Assembly: GCA_964016885.1 (NCBI GenBank)
Contig: OZ024741.1
Span: 43,090,001-43,154,000 of the forward strand
Source of the DNA: Eledone cirrhosa
Lineage: Eukaryota
Direction: 5' to 3'
DNA length: 64,000 nucleotides
Shown: positions 53,825 to 64,000 of the stretch, in pieces
Layout: every line of letters starts with the position of its first letter
Numbering within the stretch: the first letter of the stretch is position 1
The notes under the pieces: generated by a model
What the model was told of the DNA's origin: nothing
Database searches by the model: none
The model's input: the letters and a program-made list of their open reading frames with translations, nothing else
Position numbers and translations under genes: made by a program

Positions 53825-56800
53825 TTTTCTTTATTAACCACAAGGGTTCACATAAAGTAGACATTAAGGACAGTAGAGGACAATACGGGACGGTACAAAT
53901 GGGCATTTCTGCGTGTGAAAAAAACAAGAAACAGAGGATGTAATAATAGAACAATGAAAAAAATTCCCCAATAGGGGAGAGACTTCCGAGGGACATTCGT
54001 GGAGAAAGCCCATTAAAAAGCCACAGTGACCCTGACCACCAGGGCAAGTGCCCTCTCCCAGTTTTCCATCTTTAATTTACAGACACATACTCAGAGTAGG
54101 CCCATTCACTCGGGCCATTCTTGCCTCTCTCACCCATCTTTCAACAAAATGCTGGGAAGTGAGCACTTCCCTTTCTACCCTGATTTTCCTTTTCAAGTGA
54201 AATTTGAAAAAGTTAATCAGGGCATCACCGAAGAGGTAAGTGCTCGTCTTCAGCCCTTTCAAACGTGTCCACCATACTATCTCTTTCGCCATGGCCACCA
54301 GACAGATACAAACTGTCTGCCCTTCCCGGCTAAAGGAAGAGGGCGGGGCAATCCTCACGATGGACTCAGCTGTTAGCTGGATCCGTCCCACGCGCGACAG
54401 CAGGTGTTCAACATAAACCCACAACTCAGCAATGCTCGGACACTGGACGAGTGCGTGCAGGACGGTTTTGTCGCCCTGCGCGAATCTCGGACATGCCCGG
54501 TGACGGCATCTCCATGCCTGTAGAGTTTATCCCGAACTGGAAAAGCTCCTCGGTAGCACTGCCAGGCCAGGGATTTCTGGAAGTTGTCCATAGGCCCTGA
54601 CCCGAAAGTTCTTCCCAAGAGATTGGCTATTTGATTTTCGTCGACGCCTAGAGTTTCCCCAAGTACGTCGTCGCTCTTCCCCTCCACTAATCCTCTATAG
54701 AACGACAAGGTGGAGTTTCCACCGATCACATTGCCCGATTGGTCGAGGGCTGTGAGCGCCTGAAGACATTCCAGTCTCCAAGCGCTCCCTGTGGGTCTTC
54801 GCTTGACCCAGGACTGCCGCTCCGTCAAGGAGACAAGGTGGGGAAAGACATGTCTAGCAAACGGAGACCACACCTGATCACCGTCGAGGAAGAGGAGGAG
54901 ATGTCGTAGCCTGAGCGCGTGTCTGCGCATCATCAGCCACGGCATTCCCATCCCTCCACATAGCGGGTGTTGACAGCTGATGGACCGCATGACCATCGGA
55001 GCGCGTCCATTCTACCAAAAGCGAAAGGGCAAACGCTCCAGCGCAGTCAGGCGGGGCTTAGGACAAGGTACGACGGCCAGGCGGTAGGAGATCACGGACG
55101 CGATATACGCGTTAGCCACCTCCGCTCGACCTTTCAGGATAGCTTCCTCTCCGCCCATTTCGGATGAGAGAAGCCACCATGCTTTCACCTCGTCCCAGTT
55201 TTTGTCCGTCTGGAGATCCGGACCGAACCAGAACCCGAGCAATTTAACTGGTCCGTCCGCCCAGCGCCCGACGACGCTGTTGGACGGCATGGACCTGCCT
55301 CTCCAGGTGCCGAGCTGCAGGCCCACTGACTTTTCCTGGTTGATCATTGCTCCTGTCATCGCTTCGTATTCTCTTAGTGTAGTGCCGATCGCCTCAATAT
55401 GTTTGGCGTTTGACACCACTATGGTGACATCGTCCGCATATGCTAACACGGATCTTCTGCATCGTAGTTCGCGCGGGACCCCCCTCAACGTCTCCAGTTT
55501 GTTCAGTAATGGCTCGAGAGTCAATACGTACAAGAGGGACGAGAGGGGACATCCTTGGCGGACCGAGCGCATGATGTTGAACGGTTCCGAAAGGTGACCG
55601 TTCACTCTCACATCAGAGCAGATGTCGCTGTGCATGTCAGCGATCCAGCTACTGAAGACGGGCCCAAAGCCAGCCGCCCTCAGGACTGCCGCTAGGGAAC
55701 GATGGTCGACCCTATCGAAATCTTTCGACTGATCTAAATTGATCAAGGACCCACCCGTGCCAGGTTCCCTAGCTACCCTCTCTACGATGTATCACATGAG
55801 GTGGAGGTTGTCGTGGATGGATCTGTCGGGAATTGCGCAGGTCTGCGCCTCCCCCACCAGACCACCAACGACAAGCGCCAACCTCTTTGCTAGCACCTTG
55901 GCCAAAATCTTGAATTCTGTGTTTAGCAGAGTTATGGGCCTGAAATTATGTATGTTATCCCCCTTGTTCGGATCCTTTCTCAGCAGCGCCACCGCTCTTC
56001 GGCTCACAGAGCTGGAGATTCTCCCGTTCTGTTGCCAGTTGGCCTCCGAAAAAGTCTGGCATTTGTACGTAAAGTTCATAGGGCAGACCATCCAAACCAG
56101 GCGATTTACCCCTTGTGCAGCTAGTCATTGCCTCCCGTACTTCAGCGGCTGTTATCGGCTTTTCGCAACACTCCGCCTCAGTGGCCGAGAGCCGCGGCAG
56201 TCCATCAAGTAAGACACTAAAGTCCATTCCTCGATCCGGCCCGCCGCTGCCGCCGAACAGCTGTGCGAAGTGTCGCTGAAAAGCTTCACACATTTGCCCC
56301 GGATCGAGTAGCATGCGCCCGGCGTGGTCCACCAAAGACCGGATCGTGGCTTTGTTGCCACGACGAGCCTCCGCTACTCGGGCCCATTGAACGGCTTTCG
56401 TCCCCTCGTGTCTGAGAGCACGCACCCTCGCTCTGACAACGCAGCCTTCGTGCTTTGCATTGAAGAATTGGTCAAGGGCCAATTTCGCCGCAAGTACGTC
56501 GGTCGCGATGCCTTTGCTAAGCGCCTCGTCTAATCTTCTAACTAATTCTCCCTCTGCTCTATTTTTCTTTATTGCTAAAGCCTTACTAAATCTAATGGAC
56601 TCTATTCTCATTGCTCTTTTCAGAGCAACCCACCATTTGTTGTTGACGATGGCCCCCGTCAACACTTGCTTAACTAGTTCGCTACTCCGGTCTCTGTAGG
56701 CCTTGCGCGCTGGTAAGGACGCGTTTAGCTTCCAGTAGCCGGGTCCTCGTCTATGAAGCCTATCTATGTCAAGCACACAGGTCACGAATTTGTGGTCCGT

Positions 56801-59660
56801 GTAGTGGACTATCTTGAATTATGGACAGCCTATGCTAGACCTATCTATTTCCATACAAAATACTCTATCTAGATATGATCTGGATGACCCTATGCGATTT
56901 GTCCAAGTCCACATTGGCAGATTCGGTAAATCCAATCGGTACCTGCCAGACAATTCAAAACACCTGAGCAGGTTGGTGAGACTCTTGCACCCTACTCCCC
57001 TATCCACTAATCCCACACAGTCCCAGCGTGCATCTTAGGTCCCGTTCCAGTAGCCCACTAGCACTAAAGAGCGGGACGTTCCATGAAAAGTCTCCAGACG
57101 CCGGAAGAAATTAGGCCGTCCTGCTCCTGTCGGGGCATAGACGGCCACTAACCTGAAAGCTTGCCCGTCTCCGCTGGTCACGTCCAGCACCACCAACTTA
57201 CCTTCTGGGTCCAGGAAGATGGCCCTTATGGCAAGATCCAAACCTCTCCGAAAAAGAACAGCAACTCCTCCCCCGATCCCGACGGCTGGGAGAAGCGTAC
57301 ACATCGTAGCCGCCGAAGATCGGTGCGAAGGCCCGTGCTTCGGAGATTCTGGTCTCGCTGATGGCCACTACATCTATGTTTAGTGAGCTGAGGTCGTTTA
57401 GCAGGTGGCACTGCTTCCATGACGACCACAAGCCACGCGCATTTATGCTGCCTATTCTCAGTGAGGTCATGTTGAAATGGAGTGGGGAAGACCACTTACC
57501 TTACTTCTCGTAGAGGAAGGACGGTTTCTCCATCTATTTCACTGCTTGTGGTCTCCTCATGTACGTTTTCTGTGTGATGCGAGCGATTTGTATGTGTGTA
57601 GGTGGTGTGAACTTTTGGGTTGTTGTATAGTCTTTTTCTGTGATGCTGGTGTTCTGTTGGATGTAGTGTAATAATTGGTTGTTGTTCAAATTTAATTGTT
57701 TCTTCTTTAGGCACAAGGCCAGCAATTATCCAGTGCATTACTGGTACTTTATTTTATCGACCCCGTAAGGATGAAAGGCAAAGTCAACCTCGGCGGGATT
57801 TGAACTCAGACCGTAAAGGGACGTAACTATGCTGGAAAGCATGGCGTCCGACCCTCTACCGATACTGCCAATCCACCGCCTTGTTGTTCAAATTTAATGC
57901 TGTGTAGTGTGTATCGTTTTGGTTGTTTTGTTTTGTTTGCGTTTATTGTGGGTTTATTTCTTTTTCGCATTTTCGTGACTTTTGTGGTGTAGGTGATGGT
58001 GGTGTTGGGGTTAATGATGGTGATGATGTTGGTGTTTGGGGTGTTGGGGTTGGTGATGCTGGTGTGGATGGTGGCATGTCTGTCCTAACTTTTTTGTTTA
58101 ATAGTATATTTGTTTCCCTCTGTATATTGTTTTTGGAGGGGGAAGGAAGAGAGTTTTTTTCTTTTTTGTTTCCTTTTTTCTTTTTTCCTGATACCGTTTC
58201 CCACTCCTCGTCGTCACAATCTGTCTCCAGTTGTGATAGGCCGGGGAGTGGAAAATCCTCCACAGGCATTAGTTTTGGTTGTGGCGTGGTCGATGGTGTA
58301 GGCGTTGGTGCTAGTTCTGGTGCGTTGGGTGGTGATGGTGTTGGTTCTGCTACTGTTGCTGGGGTTGTTGCTGTTACAGTTGCTTCTGTTGTTGCTGCTA
58401 CAGTTGTTGCTGCTACAGTTGTTGCTGCTATCTCTGCTGCTAGTGGTGTTGATGGTTGAGTCACTGGGGTGGGTAAGAGAGAAGGCCTCAACCTTTTAGC
58501 CTGAGGGCAGAAAGCCCTTAGGTGGGTTCCTTCAGCACAAACGACACACCTAGGCCTTCTGCACTCGACAATTACGGCGAGGTGGCTGCCGTCAGTGAGG
58601 TCTATTACCTCTGGGATCTCCTCAATGCTTTTTTGGTCCGCTTGGATCAGGAGCTCCATCCCAGATCCGGACCAGTTCTCCTGCTTTTCTTTCGCTATTT
58701 CTATTATCTTCGTGTTGGTTTCGATGCCGGCGACGACGGCAGCCATTAGCCTGGGAATTTAGATGGCTGGTGGAACGTGGGTCACTGTGATCTTCACAAG
58801 TCTCTTGTGTGGTCACAATAGCTTGGGACGAGTGTGAAGTCGTCACTTCAATATAAAATCGGCGCGATTTTATATTGATTGTTCGATAAGACACGGTGTA
58901 TAGGCGCCGATGCTCCATTTTATTAGGTGGTGGTGCTGGTGGTGGTGGTGGTGGGGAGCTGAACCTGTACCCATCTTTCTTTACCATTTTTTTGGCTTCT
59001 TCTAATTCCTCCTGAGTTACCTGAAATGCTTCGCACTGTTTTCCTACTCTGGCAAAACTCAGGGTGGTTTTCTTAATGTCAATGTTACTGTTGTTGTTAT
59101 CGTTATTTTTGTTATTATCAATTTTAGTTTCAGTTGTGGTGGTGGTGGCGTCAGTGGTGTTCGGTGTGGAAGAGTTTATTTTGGTTGAATTCATTTCGAT
59201 ATCACGAGTTAATTTATATTTTTCTTTTGTTTCTGTTGTCGCGGTGGTGGTTATCGCGTTTTGTGGCGGTGATGGCTTTAACACCTGCAGTAATTGGTAA
59301 TGGCGGGAAATGAATGTCTGCCTGAGACAAATTTAAAATATTGCTACTGCTTATATTTTTTTTAGGTTTGGCAAACGTAGTAACATTTACAATGGCGGTG
59401 TCGGTGTGAGGTGTTAGTTTGTGAGAAAGGAGTGAATCTGAGTCAGCCATAATCTTTCAAAGAAAGATTTTTTCTGATAATTATAAAAGTTTAAATTTTG
59501 GGCTCAAGGCCCCAATCTTTTTGGATGTTCTTTTCAGATAACAATGTATGTGCACTTATATACAGTTAACAATAAAAATGTTCCATGAATGGCTATTTTA
59601 AATAACTGAAAATAACAAACCTTTGAGGAGCTCACGATGATACGATTTACTACGTAGGTC
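53824..59660 (-). mobile_element. Full-length L1/Tx1-clade LINE, copy B (different subfamily, more decayed)
   Basis: ORF1 remnants 59450-57496 (CVVCAEGTHLRAFC); ORF2 remnants 57470-54077 (SINARGL, VYAP, AYADD); 3' ccttgtggttAATAAAgaaaac + (ATT)n. Confidence 0.9.
57697..57880 (-). mobile_element. SINE inserted in ORF1 of LINE B
   Basis: Perfect 18-bp TSD ttgttgttcaaatttaat at 57679-57696 and 57881-57898. Confidence 0.92.
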
Positions 59661-59672
59661 CCCAATAATAAC

Positions 59673-59717
<45 letters not shown>

Positions 59718-59722
59718 CTGAT

Positions 59723-61912
59723 TTGAGTATCACAGTTGAAACTCTTGAGGGGCAGGCCAAAAAACTAACCAACTGGAAATCACCAGGCCCAGATGGTGTG
59801 CAGGGGTATTGGATTAAACATTTAACATCCCTCCACCCGAAGCTGACGGCCATGTTCAATGACTGCTTGGTGTCGGGTGAGGTGCCAGAGTGGTTGACAA
59901 AAGGTACCACAGTTCTGATAATGAAAGACCGAATCAAGGGTAATGATGTTACCAACTATAGACCTATCACATGTCTGTCCGTAATGTGGAAACTGTTGAC
60001 GAGCATTGTGTCTGAGGAAATCTGCCATCACCTCCACACAAACAACTTGTTACCGGACGAACAGAAAGGATGCCGAAAGAAGTCACGTGGTACAAAGGAC
60101 CAGTTACTTATTGATAAGATGGTAATGGGGAATTGCAGGAGGAGACACACTGATCTTGCCATGGGATGGATAGACTACAGAAAGGCATTTGACATGGTGC
60201 CTCATTCCTGGATCACCAAAAGCCTGGAGATCTTCAGGGTGGCAGATAACATTAGACAGTTGCTAGGCTGGAGTATGGGGTCCTGGGAGACAGAGTTGAC
60301 ATCAACTGGAGTATCCTTGGGAATCGTGAAGATCAAGAGAGGTATCTTCCAGGGAGATAGCCTGTCCCCTCTGTTGTTTGTCCTTGCCCTGATGCCCTTG
60401 ACCATTATGCTGCGAAAAGTGAGAGCAGGATACAAGTTGGGAAGGGGAGAGCTTACCATCAATCACCTCCTCTTCATGGACGATCTTAAGCTCTTCGGGA
60501 AAAGTGAGAAGGAGTTGGATGTGCTTGTTGACACTGTCCGTATTTTCAGCAGTGATATATGTATGCAGTTTGGTATTGGTAAATGTGGAGTCATTGTGAT
60601 GAAGAGAGGTAGGTTGAGCAGAAGTAACGGGATCCAGATACCAACAGGTGAGATGATAAAGGAAATTGACTCTGAGGAAGGATACAAGTATTTGGGCGTT
60701 CTGGAGGCTGATGGCATAAAGAACAAAAAAATGAAGGAATTGTTAAGAACTGAATACATTCGAAGAGTAAGGAGCGTATTGAAGTCACATCTGAACAGCA
60801 GAAATGCCATAAGCGCAGTAAATTCCCGAGCTGTGTCTATTATTAGGTACAGTGCGGGAATTCTGAGATGGAATGTTGCTGAACAAAAAGAAATGGATAG
60901 GAAGACTAGGAAGCTATTGACTATCTACAACATGTTCCACAAGAGGAGTGATGTCGATAGACTCTACCTAAGGAGATCTGAGGGTGGAAGAGGTCTTATC
61001 AGCATAGAGGACTGTGTTCAGATGGAGAAAAACAACCTATACAAATACGTGACCTATAGTAAGGAGCCAATGCTCAGAACTGTACGGAAGGAGGGGACAG
61101 TAGGCCAGGGGATGTCCAAGGAAGAAATAACATCAAGGAGGAAGAGCAGCCTTAAGGGAAAATCCCTTCATAGTACCTTCTTTGAGAAAACTGAATTTAG
61201 AGATCCACAGACATGGAACTGGTTGAGAAGAGGAGACCTCAAAAAGGCTACAGAAGGAATGCTAATGGCTGCGCAGGAGCAGGCCCTCAAATCGAAGTGG
61301 TTGAAGCACCATATCTACAAGGAGGAGGCTAGCCCACTGTGCAGGATCTGTGGAGAGAGAGAGGAGACTGTGGCTCACATTGTGTCCGAGTGTAAACACC
61401 TAGTCCAGACCCACTATAAGGGCTGGAGACACGATGTGATAGGCAGGGTGATCCACTGGCACCTGTGCAAAGTAAACAATTTACCACATTCTGAGAAATG
61501 GTATGAGCATAGGCCAGAGGCGGTGATGGAGAACAATCAGGTGAAGGTGCTGTGGGATTTTAGGATACAGACGGACAAAAAACTGGAACACAATAGACCT
61601 GACCTGGTGGTGGTGGACAAAGAAAAAAGATCGTGTCTGATTGTGGATGTGGCCTGCCCGTTCGACACGAGAGTGCAAGAGAAGGAGAGGGAGAAAATTA
61701 ACCGATACCAGGACCTAAAGTGGGAGGTAAAAAGGATTTGGAACTGCCATGAAGTCAAAGTGATCCCGATTGTCATAGGCGCACTGGGGACTATCTCCAA
61801 AAGTTTCCAGGGATGGTTAAAGAAAATCGGCCCCTTCACGCTTTTTGGAACGCTTCAAAAGGCATGCTTGCTTGGAACAGCAATAACCCTCCGATACGTC
61901 CTGAATATCTGA
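59723..61912 (+). CDS. 5'-truncated R4/Dong-clade LINE ORF (RT + CCHC + restriction-like endonuclease), uninterrupted 729 codons
   Basis: WKSPGPDG, YRPITC, DYRKAFD, GIFQGDSLSP, LFMDDLK, CRIC..H..C, RHD, RPDLV..IVDVACP; (TAA)n on both sides (59665-59712, ~61990-62010). Confidence 0.95.
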   Translation: MSITVETLEGQAKKLTNWKSPGPDGVQGYWIKHLTSLHPKLTAMFNDCLVSGEVPEWLTKGTTVLIMKDRIKGNDVTNYRPITCLSVMWKLLTSIVSEEICHHLHTNNLLPDEQKGCRKKSRGTKDQLLIDKMVMGNCRRRHTDLAMGWIDYRKAFDMVPHSWITKSLEIFRVADNIRQLLGWSMGSWETELTSTGVSLGIVKIKRGIFQGDSLSPLLFVLALMPLTIMLRKVRAGYKLGRGELTINHLLFMDDLKLFGKSEKELDVLVDTVRIFSSDICMQFGIGKCGVIVMKRGRLSRSNGIQIPTGEMIKEIDSEEGYKYLGVLEADGIKNKKMKELLRTEYIRRVRSVLKSHLNSRNAISAVNSRAVSIIRYSAGILRWNVAEQKEMDRKTRKLLTIYNMFHKRSDVDRLYLRRSEGGRGLISIEDCVQMEKNNLYKYVTYSKEPMLRTVRKEGTVGQGMSKEEITSRRKSSLKGKSLHSTFFEKTEFRDPQTWNWLRRGDLKKATEGMLMAAQEQALKSKWLKHHIYKEEASPLCRICGEREETVAHIVSECKHLVQTHYKGWRHDVIGRVIHWHLCKVNNLPHSEKWYEHRPEAVMENNQVKVLWDFRIQTDKKLEHNRPDLVVVDKEKRSCLIVDVACPFDTRVQEKEREKINRYQDLKWEVKRIWNCHEVKVIPIVIGALGTISKSFQGWLKKIGPFTLFGTLQKACLLGTAITLRYVLNI

Positions 61913-62247
61913 GGCTGCAGGTAGTGGCTTGATATTCTATCCAACGGACTTTCCAGTTAACCAACATCAATGACTGAGATTCAAGGAATAACAACAATAA
62001 TAATAATAATAAAGGTCATGAAATCGCTCCCGTAAGTTTTTAATTTTTAACATATTTAAATCAATTGTGAAATAACAATTCTTAGTACAAATGATGCATA
62101 AAGCACCAGACTCAAGCCTCAGAAAGATTCGGATCCATAATATATTGTTATATTGCTCAAATATTCAGTTTTGTCATATACATTTTACATTCAAAAAAGA
62201 AAATGTTTATAAATGAAGAAAACCTCCTCTGTCTCCACTATATAGAA

Positions 62248-62960
62248 CAGCCAAATAACAGCAATTTCACCAACACCACAACCTAGATACACCACCTACC
62301 ACATCACACCTCTGTGTACACTAAATACAACAGCCAGATAACGGCAATTTCACCACCACCACCACCATTCCCAGCATAATATTTATAATTACTATTATTA
62401 TTGTCTCAAGTCTTCACAAAATGTTTAATTCCAATATTAAGAAAATATGTCAACACATATACGCGACTAACCCCATAGATTCACCGATCAAACAAAAATA
62501 CAGTCTATTCAACAAAACTCAGTAACGACAACACCATCACTACAGTCACCGCCGCCACCACCCATCCATTATTACTACCACTATCCCATCACCGCCGCCA
62601 CCACTCCTTCATTGCTACCACCACTATTCCCCCATTACCTTCTGTTAACTTAGGAAAGGGGAAGGTGGCGGTATCACTAGACAATATTAATAAACAAGAT
62701 TAATATTTAATTTTGGATCAGGAATGTTAGAGTCGAAAAGGAGAACAATGGCAAAATGACTAAGTAGCTAAATAGCTAAAGAAAATTTCACCACCAACAC
62801 CACCACCACTACCACGATGAAAACTCTGATCAAGTCGCCTCAACCGCTATTTCTACTCCAACTTCAACACCATCACTACAGTACTACGATCACATCACCA
62901 CCACCACCACTGCCTCATTATCGCTACCGCCGCCATTCTCTCCCGCTACCCCCTGCTACA
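62248..62960. repeat. (CAC)-rich low-complexity degenerate repeats
   Basis: acagcca.ataac.gcaatttcacca.caccac twice, plus caccaccaccac runs. Confidence 0.6.
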
Positions 62961-63399
62961 TCGTAGTGTCCCCACTAAAAGAGGAAGGGATCAAAATATA
63001 TAAATAGACTGAATTCAAAAATCAAAATCAAAACTAGCACAGCAACAACGAAAAACGTAAAGAAAAGAAAGATGAAGAGAAAAACAAACAGACGGAGAGA
63101 GAAGGGCAGGGAAAAACTAAGTCAGACATTCAAACATTACATTACAATGAAACTTATGCTTATTCATTTTTGTTTTTTTGGGGGGGCTGTTTGTTTGTTT
63201 GTTTATTTATGTTCGTCTACAGCGTGATAATGCCACACAAAAATCACCGGGAGTGACGAAATCACCGAAGGTGATGAAATGACCGGTGGTTATGTAACCA
63301 TACATTCGCCAATCCTCGATAAGAGTGTTTAAATGTCGACCCTAAACAGTTCGAATAACGGTGAAATGAAGACTAGAATGTCATGTGGCAGACTCTCAC

Positions 63400-64000
63400 C
63401 CAACATGTGCTCCCTGGCTCAGCAGCAGGGACCTGGCTATTAACCAAATACTGCTGGTGTCGGAGGAAGAAGAAGGAAACAGACCAGAACCAACTGGACG
63501 AAAGAATTGAATAGAACTGTTATGCAATATTACCTGAAGAGTAACCCCAAGGAGAAAGGCTATAGGAAACGGATGCATGACATCTGGAACGAGATTGGTC
63601 TATTTAAATTAGATGAACAAAAATTGACCGGCCAGGCTCGGGTAATAAGAACTAATGGGTGGATAAGCGAGCTGGAACTGGAGGAACTGAGCAGAGAGAT
63701 TAGCTTGGAGATGGAGAGTGGAGTATGCCAGGCAAACGAGCCAGTGGGAAATGAAGGTGAAGAGGTCGAGAGAACGGAGGAACCACCCGAAGCAGACAAT
63801 GATCTGAATGCTGAGATAAATAATACCTGGAACAGAGATACGGCCACTGAGGAGATGAATGCTGACGGGCTAGGACAAGATTTGGTTGATATCCTAAACT
63901 TAGTGGTAGATGAATTGAACAATGATAGTGGGAAACCTATGTACCTAAGATTTGTAGACAGGAAAAAGTTAAAAGAAACAATAGCTAAGTTAAACAAAGT
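63400..64000 (+). pseudogene. N-terminal region of another R4/Dong-clade LINE (runs off window)
   Basis: GYRKRMHDIWNEIGLFKLDEQKLTGQARVIRTNGWISELELEEL, typical of the R4-clade Myb-like N-terminus. Confidence 0.75.

Overview
Repeat-saturated eukaryotic DNA with no recognisable host gene. The MetaSINE-type tRNA-derived SINE and dense (TA)n/(CA)n tracts suggest an octopod cephalopod (inference). Coding content is all transposable elements: Penelope-like elements (PLEs; RT plus C-terminal GIY-YIG; one nearly intact at 1353-3842), two head-to-tail L1/Tx1-clade LINEs, R4/Dong-clade RLE LINEs, RTE fragments and a 2-kb non-autonomous Helitron. Between the (TA)n tracts lie about ten unrelated non-coding ~450-760 bp elements. 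They occur as partial tandem arrays with an inverted segment, and most carry a type I hammerhead ribozyme (retrozyme or PLE pLTR-like). The most unusual signal is two divergent tandem families (20.7-22.75 kb and 23.6-24.95 kb) sharing a covarying RNA fold. It contains all three hammerhead core strands in an order matching none of types I, II or III, so it is a candidate new hammerhead topology. All structures were folded by eye, none has been tested, and coordinates may be off by a few bases.
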